A stretch of DNA of 64,000 nt from a virus (Duplodnaviria; Caudoviricetes): positions 49,116-113,115 of the IMG/VR virus record IMGVR_UViG_3300048629_000034; one strand, written 5' to 3'. The position numbers and the translations under genes are program-made. Shown here one piece after another: positions 18,946-28,109 of the stretch. Under the pieces are notes generated by a model. That model was not told the origin of the DNA and made no database searches. It worked only from the letters and a program-made list of their open reading frames with translations. How positions within the stretch are numbered: position 1 is the stretch's first letter; each line of letters begins with the position of its first letter.

Positions 18946-19713
18946 ATGAGAATTAAACAATTAGGGAATGGTGGAGGTTTAAATCCTCAACTGACAAACA
19001 GTAGCTTCTTAATAGAATATACATCAAATCAGTTTTTATTGTTTGATTGCGGATTCAATATTATGGATCGATTAATAAAATTAGAAGAAGACTCAGTTAA
19101 ACACGATGCATCATTCAGAATATCTAAAATAGATATAGTTTTTGTTAGTCATACAGATGATGATCATATAGGTAACTTACAAACATTGATCTACTGGAAT
19201 TATTTTAAGAACCAAAAGAAGATGGAAATCATTTCACACAATGAAGTATTTGATATTATTGATAAAATGAATACTATTAAAACAGCAGGTATTGTTGAAG
19301 ATTTTAAATACTTCATTAAAATAGATATTTCAAACAGAAAAGAAGTGTATTATAATCTTGTTTCTGACTCTATGCTTAAATTGACGTTCATTAAGGCATA
19401 CCACGGATCTAGAAAATGTTATGGATTACTTGCAATCAAAAGCAACAAAGCAATATATATATCAGGAGATACTGTAGCGCATCCTTCAATAGAGAATACA
19501 GTAACAAAAGAAATTAAGTTACAACAAAACATTTCCGGATCAAATCTAAACTCAATTATGTTTCATGATTATAGCCACTGGGATTGTCCAAGTAAAAATG
19601 TTCATGCTTGTAAAACAAACTTCGAGGAAGAATACAGTAAAGAATTTAGAGATAAATTAATCAAGTATCATACAGGTGAGGATGACTTCAATAAAGACTG
19701 GAGAATACTATAA
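18946..19713 (+). CDS. metallo-beta-lactamase-fold hydrolase (RNase Z / Apyc1-like)
   Basis: LG.GG, LLFDCG, SHTDDDHIG, AYHG, ISGDT, FHD, VHA, KYH motifs. Confidence 0.85.
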   Translation: MRIKQLGNGGGLNPQLTNSSFLIEYTSNQFLLFDCGFNIMDRLIKLEEDSVKHDASFRISKIDIVFVSHTDDDHIGNLQTLIYWNYFKNQKKMEIISHNEVFDIIDKMNTIKTAGIVEDFKYFIKIDISNRKEVYYNLVSDSMLKLTFIKAYHGSRKCYGLLAIKSNKAIYISGDTVAHPSIENTVTKEIKLQQNISGSNLNSIMFHDYSHWDCPSKNVHACKTNFEEEYSKEFRDKLIKYHTGEDDFNKDWRIL

Positions 19714-19883
19714 TGCCAAGACAAGCTCAATCACTAAAACGTGCTACAACTAAGTTTGTAGCTAGAACAGCAACAACTAGAACAATTAATCATTTATTTG
19801 GATCTAGTCTTATTGGTTCTATAGCCAAAACGATAGCTAATCACTTAATTAAGTCAGCAGATCAGAAAATATCTCAATCGTAA
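19713..19883 (+). CDS. 56-aa basic/amphipathic peptide (MPRQAQSLKR...KISQS)
   Basis: TAATG stop/start overlap with the MBL gene, GGAG RBS; below track cutoff. Confidence 0.5.
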   Translation: MPRQAQSLKRATTKFVARTATTRTINHLFGSSLIGSIAKTIANHLIKSADQKISQS

Positions 19884-19988
19884 AACATTTGACCGCAATG
19901 TCATAAAACTACAATAGTTCAATTGAGATATTGGTGACCATAGTATTTGGTTTAACAACACAAACAAAAAAAAGAGGAAACAAACAAA

Positions 19989-20483
19989 ATGGAAAAAACA
20001 TTCACAGCACAAGAGGTGCAAGCTATAGCTACACAAGCAGTTGAAAATCACGTATCAAACGGAGGAAACGGTATCGTTTCTAAAGCATTAGATGGTGTAA
20101 CAGCAACAGGAAGAGCAATCGCAGAGGAAACTCAAGCAAACGCTAAAAGAGAAGCTGGTAGAAGACTATACGATAACATTGAGGAGTTAATTAACAGCTA
20201 TATTCTATCTAAAATGAATTTCATGCAAAGATGGTTAACTTCGGATAAAACTAAAAGAATGGCAGTATTAGTTGGTACATATACAGTTATTCACGCTATT
20301 AAATCTGGTGGTTTCGGATTAACTAATTATAGAATAAATCACGCTATGTTAGATTTATTATCATCTGAATGTAATGCAAGAATCATGTCATCTGTACTAG
20401 GTGGATTTGACACAAATATTGCTAAAGCATTATTTACTAAACCTGAAGTTACTGAAGTAGTTTCAGAAGTAGCAGGAGCATAA
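19989..20483 (+). CDS. hypothetical protein
   Basis: 164 aa, GAGG RBS. Confidence 0.8.
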   Translation: MEKTFTAQEVQAIATQAVENHVSNGGNGIVSKALDGVTATGRAIAEETQANAKREAGRRLYDNIEELINSYILSKMNFMQRWLTSDKTKRMAVLVGTYTVIHAIKSGGFGLTNYRINHAMLDLLSSECNARIMSSVLGGFDTNIAKALFTKPEVTEVVSEVAGA

Positions 20484-20485
20484 TT

Positions 20486-20620
20486 ATGGCAGCACAATCA
20501 GTATCAGATGCTGTAGCTGCTGCATTAGCGGCTGCAGGTACAACAACTACATCAGGAACTACTCCTACAGTGACAACTACGGACTCAGAAACTCTATCTG
20601 TATCTAGTAAAGGTCAATAA
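20486..20620 (+). CDS. 44-aa peptide MAAQSVSDAVAAALAAAGTTTTSGTTPTVTTTDSETLSVSSKGQ, candidate minimal ubiquitin-like modifier
   Basis: AGGAG RBS at 20474-20478; ends KG-Q just upstream of E1/E2/JAB genes; below track cutoff. Confidence 0.7.
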   Translation: MAAQSVSDAVAAALAAAGTTTTSGTTPTVTTTDSETLSVSSKGQ

Positions 20621-20705
20621 ACTAAATCATAGTATTTAGATAGATGGTTCTTAATATTCTGTTATTAGAACCATCTAGTGTGTATACTATACAAAGGAAC
20701 CGATC

Positions 20706-21122
20706 ATGACAATAAACAAAGATTATATTTTAGACCTGCTTAATAATCCAGATAATGGAAACAGAGAGTACCAACTCATAGTATTCATTCTAAAAAGTGC
20801 TGACGAACTAGATAAACTTTATTCTAAACTATTTAGCTGTGTAAAAAGTTACGAAAGGCACAGAGCGGCAGACGTAGTATCATTCAAAAACTCATTAAAA
20901 CAACATGCAAAAAATAAAGAAGACTTCTGCTTGTTTATAAGGTTAACTTCGAACAACACTAAATTAGGCTCAATATCTCATAGTGACTTCGATTATTTCA
21001 ATAATCTCTGTGACAAAATTGATGGATATGTATATTATCAGGACTTAAAAACATTAATAATAAGAGACATACCTCGACTTCTACATGAACCAAATGCATT
21101 CATACTACATGATACTAACTAA
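20706..21122 (+). CDS. LHDTN-tail family protein 1
   Basis: ends NAFILHDTN; immediately upstream of E1. Confidence 0.85.
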   Translation: MTINKDYILDLLNNPDNGNREYQLIVFILKSADELDKLYSKLFSCVKSYERHRAADVVSFKNSLKQHAKNKEDFCLFIRLTSNNTKLGSISHSDFDYFNNLCDKIDGYVYYQDLKTLIIRDIPRLLHEPNAFILHDTN

Positions 21123-21152
21123 CAAAACAATCTCAATAAAAAGGATAAACAA

Positions 21153-22157
21153 ATGACACAAGAAAACATAAACTTTAGCAAAAACTATTTAGCAGAACAA
21201 ATCAAATCACGATATGCTATGTTTCCACGAATTAGAGATGGTAAGTCTAATCTAATTATAGACTCTATAGCTCCACATTGGATATACAATAAATTAAAAC
21301 AAGAGCATCTAGATGATAATGGTAGAGCAACTATAGGCGATAAAAAACCTAAAACAGCATATGCTATATCAGCATACTTTGCAGATATCTTTAGAGTACC
21401 TAAAGTGCCACTAGCTGATCTACTTGACATACTTGGATATAAACCAAAAGAAATAAATTCTCTTCTATACAAAGTTGCAAAGAAGAAACATGATATTTGT
21501 TTAGTTGGATATGGTGGATCTGGACAAAACTTCACTTACTGGCTAACTGAAATGGCTGGATTACTTGGTAAACAGAATTTATTTGAATCATTAACTATAT
21601 ATGAGAAAGAACATGTTGAGTATTCAAACATCCTTAGATTTCCAAAAAATGTATTAAATCACAAAAATGGAACTACTCACAAACTTCATACAATGACAAA
21701 TGAAGGAATATTGGCTAGAGCAACAAATTTAATTCCAGATTATATAGACCAAGAAGGCGTAGACAAATTATTAGAGGATAAACCAAACACTATATTCTAT
21801 GGTGGTGGATCTATACCTACTATGGAAATGTTGTCTAACTACAATTTTGTATCTGCAACTCATGGAAACAATGACTGTACTTTAATTGTTAAGCCAGTAC
21901 AGGACAGTAGAATTCAAATCGAATCTTATGGAGTAATTATGCTATCTTCATTCTTTATGAACCAACTTAGAATGACTATAGGTTTTCTTGAGTTCTTGGC
22001 TCAGGATGATATTGATTGGACTCAAAGAGTATATCTTGACTATAACTTTACTACAGCAGAAACTAGAAGAGATAAGCACAAATATAACTGGCAACTAGAA
22101 CATAGTCAAACAATTGGACTAGAAGAAAATGACGAAGGAGACACTAATGTTAACTAA
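21153..22157 (+). CDS. E1/ThiF-family adenylyltransferase (ubiquitin-activating-like)
   Basis: ICLVGYGGSG (GxGGxG), YEKEHVEYSNILR (D.D.VE.SNL.R equivalent), downstream conserved Lys. Confidence 0.8.
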   Translation: MTQENINFSKNYLAEQIKSRYAMFPRIRDGKSNLIIDSIAPHWIYNKLKQEHLDDNGRATIGDKKPKTAYAISAYFADIFRVPKVPLADLLDILGYKPKEINSLLYKVAKKKHDICLVGYGGSGQNFTYWLTEMAGLLGKQNLFESLTIYEKEHVEYSNILRFPKNVLNHKNGTTHKLHTMTNEGILARATNLIPDYIDQEGVDKLLEDKPNTIFYGGGSIPTMEMLSNYNFVSATHGNNDCTLIVKPVQDSRIQIESYGVIMLSSFFMNQLRMTIGFLEFLAQDDIDWTQRVYLDYNFTTAETRRDKHKYNWQLEHSQTIGLEENDEGDTNVN

Positions 22158-23568
22158 TGACAAAAAATTAGAACAACTATTATTTGAAGAGGAAGCTGGT
22201 AATTTCTATGATATCTATTCTAAAGAGGAAAATGTAGGAGAAGATGATATAGACAAGAATCTTCATAATAATTGCGAGATAATATTTACAACAAAGTATA
22301 ACATACAGCAAACTCAAGACTTACTTACAGCAGGTAAATTTATTATGGATATAGATCCATTAATGGATAATTATAGCAATGAATATTTTAGTGATATTAC
22401 CTCGAAACTTGATGGAGACGATTTTTTAAATAATATTCTTAGGACCTCAGTTGAAATTGAAGGACAATATTCTTTTGCAGATGCAATAAATATTATAGCA
22501 AATGTAAAAATACAAATGGGTGATGAGTTTTATGGTGCATTGTTAATAGAACCAAATAAACAATACACATTTAATCCTCTACATCATTTAGTAGCGGTTG
22601 AGTATCTAAAGCACAGAGATGATAATGACACATTTAATGTATTTATATTTAGCAATTCTAATGTAGACAAATTTAATCTTGAAGACAATGCTAAGGAAAG
22701 AGCAAAAAACAATATCATTAATCAATTGGGAATGTATGCAATCAGAGGAATTGTTAAAAGCAGAAGAATTATTGACGAGTCAAGACAATCATTTATTGAT
22801 AATGTACTTGAAAATGATAAACACGTGCTTAAAACAAAAATATCTTATTCTGCAGAGAGAAATGACAATGGAGACGAAATATATGTAGTGCCACAACAAC
22901 TTCTAACGAGTGGCTTAGCAATACCGTATTATGGAACAACATTGTACAAAGTAACAACAAATTCATCAGGAGACAGAAGTTCGTATGGTTCACACATTAC
23001 ACCAATGCTTGGAGTAAATACAGCATCTGGATGGTCAGGGAGAAAAGTAGATCATGCAAAAGATATTACTTTTGACTCTGTTTGTACAGGAAACGAAGTT
23101 TCAACAACTATCAAAGGAATTTTAACGCATAATCATTCTAATCTTTCATCTCCATATTTTAGTAATTGTGTAATGGAAGGGTGGCATGAATTATCGCAGG
23201 AGGCAATAAATACATCACTAATGATATATAAGGATCTTCTTAACAAGGATACATGTAACAAGCTTGGATTTGATTGTGATGAGGCTCATAAATTAAACAC
23301 AAGCAGCGACAATACTGACAAAGCGGAAAATGAAAAGTTAATTGAATCATGGTCAAGCTGTCCATTTAATGACATATCATCTTCAGAGCCGTGTCCAGCA
23401 CTGGTATCTTTAAAAGAATATACAGATTACTTGATTGGAGATTCACTATCTAATTTAACAGCTGGAGAAATATTACTTAGATACAGAGAAGCAAATAAAT
23501 ACCTATCTGGAATCGATACAGACTACACAACGCCAGATGGTGCTAAATGCGAACCATGTACAGAATAA
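22147..23568 (+). CDS. protein with C-terminal-half prokaryotic E2-like domain
   Basis: HITPM.GVN...SVCTGN...NHSNLSSPY matches the E2 pattern P..N..xC.G and N..SP; located between E1 and JAB; start moved to ATG 22147 (AAGGAG RBS). Confidence 0.6.
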   Translation: MLTNDKKLEQLLFEEEAGNFYDIYSKEENVGEDDIDKNLHNNCEIIFTTKYNIQQTQDLLTAGKFIMDIDPLMDNYSNEYFSDITSKLDGDDFLNNILRTSVEIEGQYSFADAINIIANVKIQMGDEFYGALLIEPNKQYTFNPLHHLVAVEYLKHRDDNDTFNVFIFSNSNVDKFNLEDNAKERAKNNIINQLGMYAIRGIVKSRRIIDESRQSFIDNVLENDKHVLKTKISYSAERNDNGDEIYVVPQQLLTSGLAIPYYGTTLYKVTTNSSGDRSSYGSHITPMLGVNTASGWSGRKVDHAKDITFDSVCTGNEVSTTIKGILTHNHSNLSSPYFSNCVMEGWHELSQEAINTSLMIYKDLLNKDTCNKLGFDCDEAHKLNTSSDNTDKAENEKLIESWSSCPFNDISSSEPCPALVSLKEYTDYLIGDSLSNLTAGEILLRYREANKYLSGIDTDYTTPDGAKCEPCTE

Positions 23569-23584
23569 AAAAAAAGGAATACAA

Positions 23585-24814
23585 ATGAAAAAACAAACAT
23601 ATAGACAACCTAAGCCGCAAGCCCAATTTGACTATCTAACTAGACAATTTAAAACTAGACAAAAAGATTTAATTAAGGATAATAAATCAACAAATAACTA
23701 TGGTATATTATTATTGAACCAACAAAACCTGGACAACATCAGACATAAATCAGAGGTAAATATTACAACTCATGATGAATATGGATTTCATTACAGAGCT
23801 TTAGTAGCTAGAGTTGTAACTGGATCGGGGAATACATCTGAGTTTCTTGACATTTGTATTCCAACTGTATATTATAATTACAAACAAGAAGTGTCTGGAG
23901 GAGAAGTTGAATTTCATTTAGCGGATGTTGAAGCAGCGGCAAACGAAGTAAAACCTCTATCAGATATGATGGTTAACAAACTATTTGAATCTGACATTTC
24001 ACTGGGGACTAGACTTAATAATCTATTTAATGAATTGAAGATAAAAGCAGAGTATTTCGATGTAGGGGTTAACTCTATTCATATGCATCCAGCAGGACTA
24101 CATAGATTCTCTGGTGGAGACCTTGACACTGATCATACTAATCCTGGAATTTGTTTTCCTCTTAGTAAAGCAGAAAAAGAAACTAATTTTGCATCTATTG
24201 TAACTAGACGAGGTAAAGGAGTTATTCTTGGACATACTGAATATAGAATTGCAGATGGCGATGTATCTACAAATGAACCAATCAATTACTATCACGGTAA
24301 ATCAATTACTTTAGTAAAAGGATATGCTCCAACAGACGATAGAACTACTATGCAAAAGTTACTTGGATTTAAAGTAGATGAACCAATTAAATCATATACT
24401 GTATCTGACGGTTTAGACTTGTCTGACTTTGCAAACAAAGTAAATGAACTATTCAATGAGTCTGATTATGTTGCATTTGATGATACTGTAATTTCAGATA
24501 ATGTATCTAAATATGTATACAAACCAAAGCCAGTAGCAAAAAAGAAACCAGCAATTGCAGCTTCTAAGCAAAAAACTATTACAGCCAAACATGTAGAACT
24601 AAAGATAGTATATACAGATAAAACCACTGGAGATAAATATACTCAAGATGATATTGATGACATAATTGAAGAACTAATGTATTCGAGTACTGGAGTAAGC
24701 AAAGCAGAACTTATGCAACTAGAATACAAAGAGCTAGTAGATAGATATGAAGAATATATTATGAGACCAGGAAGCTACTCTTTTGGAGGATTTGGGTATG
24801 ATTATGACTATTAA
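23585..24814 (+). CDS. JAB/MPN+ metallo-isopeptidase
   Basis: HDEYG (catalytic E), QEVSGGEV, SIHMHP..HRFSGGD (HxH..S..D); start moved to ATG 23585. Confidence 0.8.
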   Translation: MKKQTYRQPKPQAQFDYLTRQFKTRQKDLIKDNKSTNNYGILLLNQQNLDNIRHKSEVNITTHDEYGFHYRALVARVVTGSGNTSEFLDICIPTVYYNYKQEVSGGEVEFHLADVEAAANEVKPLSDMMVNKLFESDISLGTRLNNLFNELKIKAEYFDVGVNSIHMHPAGLHRFSGGDLDTDHTNPGICFPLSKAEKETNFASIVTRRGKGVILGHTEYRIADGDVSTNEPINYYHGKSITLVKGYAPTDDRTTMQKLLGFKVDEPIKSYTVSDGLDLSDFANKVNELFNESDYVAFDDTVISDNVSKYVYKPKPVAKKKPAIAASKQKTITAKHVELKIVYTDKTTGDKYTQDDIDDIIEELMYSSTGVSKAELMQLEYKELVDRYEEYIMRPGSYSFGGFGYDYDY

Positions 24815-24831
24815 AAACAAAGGAAACCACA

Positions 24832-25698
24832 ATGGAAATTAAATTCGACGATTATGTATCAGCAGCAGAGCATTTGCCAGAGAAAGCAGATAACACTTTC
24901 TTTATCAGTCCATCTGCATTTTATGATTTTATAGATAAAAAGCATCTTTGGTTCAGACAACAATTTATGAAGGAAGATCAATTTGAAGGTAATACTGGAT
25001 CCAATCTTGGTAACATAATTCACAAAGCATGTGAAATGTACACACAAGAAGTAGATGTAACTGATGAGCAAATTAATGAGTATATTGATTCATTACCAGA
25101 TAATGATGAGATAGACAAACAAACAATCAGAGATAACTACAGATCAATGATTGATACTGTATTGACTAGATTTTTAATGGATACGAATATTGATGAGACA
25201 GAACAATTTATTGGCTATGATTTATCTGAACATGTAACTGTGGGTGGAACTTTCGATTACACTAGAACAGATAGATCTGGCAGACAAATTATTGGCGATT
25301 ACAAGACTACAGCAAGTAAGTTACCTCCAAAGAAAATCGAACAGAAACATAAAATGCAAGCATTAATATATGCATATATTATGGATAAATCAGATCTATA
25401 CATGCGACCAGATATGTTAGAGATTGTATATATCACAAGGCATCATGATCCAGTTATCAGCGAGAAAACAGGCAAGCCAGGCAAAGAATATTTTCCAGAT
25501 GTATCTGTACTTCAATATGAAATTACAGATAATGATATGGCATATATTGATTCATTAATGAGATTATGCGCGGAAACTATGCATTTCTTCTTTGACAATC
25601 CAGATAAAGCATATATCATATTTACTGACTACAGACTAAAGGGTGAATTTTTCGAAACATATAAATATACTGAAGAACAGGAACAACCACTGTTCTAG
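24832..25698 (+). CDS. PD-(D/E)xK (Cas4/RecB-like) exonuclease
   Basis: ISPS, GNIIHKACE, GGTFD, IIGDYKT, QALIYA. Confidence 0.85.
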   Translation: MEIKFDDYVSAAEHLPEKADNTFFISPSAFYDFIDKKHLWFRQQFMKEDQFEGNTGSNLGNIIHKACEMYTQEVDVTDEQINEYIDSLPDNDEIDKQTIRDNYRSMIDTVLTRFLMDTNIDETEQFIGYDLSEHVTVGGTFDYTRTDRSGRQIIGDYKTTASKLPPKKIEQKHKMQALIYAYIMDKSDLYMRPDMLEIVYITRHHDPVISEKTGKPGKEYFPDVSVLQYEITDNDMAYIDSLMRLCAETMHFFFDNPDKAYIIFTDYRLKGEFFETYKYTEEQEQPLF

Positions 25699-25711
25699 AA
25701 AGGAGAGCAAA

Positions 25712-25990
25712 ATGTATTCAGATGATACAATAAATGGAATGACTTATGAAGAGTATTATAGAGCATCTGTAAACGAAGGGTTAATTGAGTCTGGTTATAT
25801 TTTAATCAATAAACAAAGCAAATATATACATCCAATATCATTCAAATTTATGAATAAATATTATTCGTCTAACCACAAAAGAGTTGATAAGTATTCATAC
25901 AAGAATGAATATTGGATAAAACATACACAGCAGTCAGATCTGTATAAAATATATATGATTTTAACTAATAAAGTACACAGGATAATTTAA
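25712..25990 (+). CDS. hypothetical protein
   Basis: AAGGAG RBS before ATG 25712. Confidence 0.6.
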   Translation: MYSDDTINGMTYEEYYRASVNEGLIESGYILINKQSKYIHPISFKFMNKYYSSNHKRVDKYSYKNEYWIKHTQQSDLYKIYMILTNKVHRII

Positions 25991-25992
25991 TT

Positions 25993-26202
25993 ATGATTTC
26001 AAATTTAACACATAAGTTTCTAGATATAACAAACATGTGGATGATATATGGTTTCTATGGTAAATTCACTCGAACAACTTCACATACCTGGTTCTATCAG
26101 GAATACGAACAATTAGGTGGACTATACTCTAATACAACAATAACCCCAAAATCAACACTACATTGGTGGAAATTATGGCTACTAGGAGACAGTAATGACT
26201 AA
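25993..26202 (+). CDS. hypothetical protein
   Basis: ORF in operon. Confidence 0.5.
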   Translation: MISNLTHKFLDITNMWMIYGFYGKFTRTTSHTWFYQEYEQLGGLYSNTTITPKSTLHWWKLWLLGDSND

Positions 26203-26887
26203 TGAAATACCAGCACATATATTGGTTAAAGACCCATTGTATATATATTATTACTTACAAGAACCAAAAGACTCTAATAATGTATTCGAGAGAACAGCAG
26301 AGTTAGTATCTGATGAAAAAAGTCACAATACTATAGCAACAATCAGATGCTCAACGATTAAGAGAAGTGTTTTAAATAATAATACAATTATACGTGGATC
26401 ATATGACAGTTATATAGACACTTACGATAACTCTATTCATAAAGTATCACTTATCTCATCTAAAACATTAGCAATTGAATCTAAAGATAATTCAAGCACA
26501 CATCTAGAGTTAGCTATTGTAAATTGGTTATTGCAAGATGATTCATACAAACTTCAGTTAGATGCAATAGTAAAAGACGCAAGTTATTATAATCCGGATG
26601 CTGGACCATCAGAGCAAACTGTATATTTTGAACCAATACCTGATATAGAGCAATATATTACTAATAAATTAAACAAAGTTCAGGCATACATTGATAATCC
26701 GAATACTATAGAAGAATGTAAAGATCTTAGATGGTATAAGAATAAGCAGGGAATTACGAAGAAAGTTGCATGTGAATTATGCCAATACAATTCTGTATGT
26801 AAATTTTACAATAAATCTAAATCAATCAGCAACAGAAAAGCTAAATCAAATATAGCAAACAGACTAAAGAATTTGAAGAATCTATAA
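26195..26887 (+). CDS. degenerate Cas4-like PD-(D/E)xK protein
   Basis: IRGSYD strand; C-terminal C...W...CELCQYNSVC cluster; no D/E-x-K motif seen. Confidence 0.5.
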   Translation: MTNEIPAHILVKDPLYIYYYLQEPKDSNNVFERTAELVSDEKSHNTIATIRCSTIKRSVLNNNTIIRGSYDSYIDTYDNSIHKVSLISSKTLAIESKDNSSTHLELAIVNWLLQDDSYKLQLDAIVKDASYYNPDAGPSEQTVYFEPIPDIEQYITNKLNKVQAYIDNPNTIEECKDLRWYKNKQGITKKVACELCQYNSVCKFYNKSKSISNRKAKSNIANRLKNLKNL

Positions 26888-26976
26888 CTGGTTCTTCAAA
26901 TTCAATACATATAAAAGAAATTTACTATATTTTTTATATGTATTGAACAACCAGATAAGCAAATAATGAATAGGAG

Positions 26977-27369
26977 ATGAGTATAAAAAGACAAAATAAC
27001 AAAACATTTATTTGTGAGATAGGGATGGAACTAAATAGACTTCCAAGGAATGGATATTTACTTATGCAAGCTTCCAATAATAATGAATGGCTACAACTTA
27101 CTAGCACTTTACGTGAAAATCATAAATATTTAGGCGTGCCACTGTCTAAAGAAATGCTAAATTTATTTGAGGACACAAGAAATAAAGACTTTTTTATGTT
27201 ATGTATTCAAAAAAATCAACACCACGAATTAAAGTTATCATTAGTATCTAAACTTTACGTAAACAGTTTAAGTTTTAAAAAAATGAATTATATATATAAG
27301 ATATTTGACATTTCTACATTCTTTAAAAAAACAACAACAAATCAATTCATACTACACGACACTAATTAA
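26977..27369 (+). CDS. LHDTN-tail family protein 2
   Basis: ends NQFILHDTN. Confidence 0.85.
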   Translation: MSIKRQNNKTFICEIGMELNRLPRNGYLLMQASNNNEWLQLTSTLRENHKYLGVPLSKEMLNLFEDTRNKDFFMLCIQKNQHHELKLSLVSKLYVNSLSFKKMNYIYKIFDISTFFKKTTTNQFILHDTN

Positions 27370-27388
27370 TTAATATAAAGGAGAATGA

Positions 27389-27730
27389 ATGCTAAGAAAA
27401 ATATCAGAATGCAAAATACTAAGCGAACTTGAAAAAGTAATTGACAACAACAGAAGAGTTGTAATACTAGCTGATAATAAAGAAGAGTGGGATGATATTT
27501 TACGGTTTATATTTTCTCAACAAAAGTATGAATTAACAGCATCAACTTCTAAATTAGACACTTGGTTGCCATATTATGTAAAGTATAAAAGAGACGCAAT
27601 AGTAATCACAAGGTTAAACGACACATTGAGACTTACTCACACAGAGCGTATATATGCCAAAGAAAGCTCTGATATTATAATAAGCATAAACAGAAGAGAT
27701 AACCAATTCATACTGCACGACACAAATTAA
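27389..27730 (+). CDS. LHDTN-tail family protein 3
   Basis: ends NQFILHDTN. Confidence 0.85.
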   Translation: MLRKISECKILSELEKVIDNNRRVVILADNKEEWDDILRFIFSQQKYELTASTSKLDTWLPYYVKYKRDAIVITRLNDTLRLTHTERIYAKESSDIIISINRRDNQFILHDTN

Positions 27731-27739
27731 GGACATTAT

Positions 27740-28076
27740 ATGCTAGACAAATCATCGCAATATAAAATATTAAATGAGCTAAAGCAAGTTATAAATGACG
27801 ACGAAATAGTAATCATATATACAAGGAGCAAAGAAGAAATGGGAAGAAGCCATAAAATTTATATATTCTCAGCAAAAATATAGTTTTTATAAAACGGGTT
27901 CACTATTAGAATGGATAAGTTATTATAATGTAAAAAGTAGTTTTTGTATATTCTTGTACAGAAAAAACGAAAAACAATTCTATATAAAACATGGAGTCCT
28001 TAAGTATAAAACGAAATATAATACGATAATTAAAGTAAACAAAAACAGTAATTTTATCTTACATGACACAAACTAA
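27740..28076 (+). pseudogene. LHDTN-tail family protein 4, frameshifted by one extra A at about 27837-27839
   Basis: removing one A gives a 111-aa ORF MLDKSSQYKILNELKQVI..KEEWEEAIKFIYSQQKY..SNFILHDTN, a close paralog of 27389-27730. Confidence 0.8.
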
Positions 28077-28109
28077 AAAATAATACATATAAAAGAGGAG
28101 ATTGATTAA

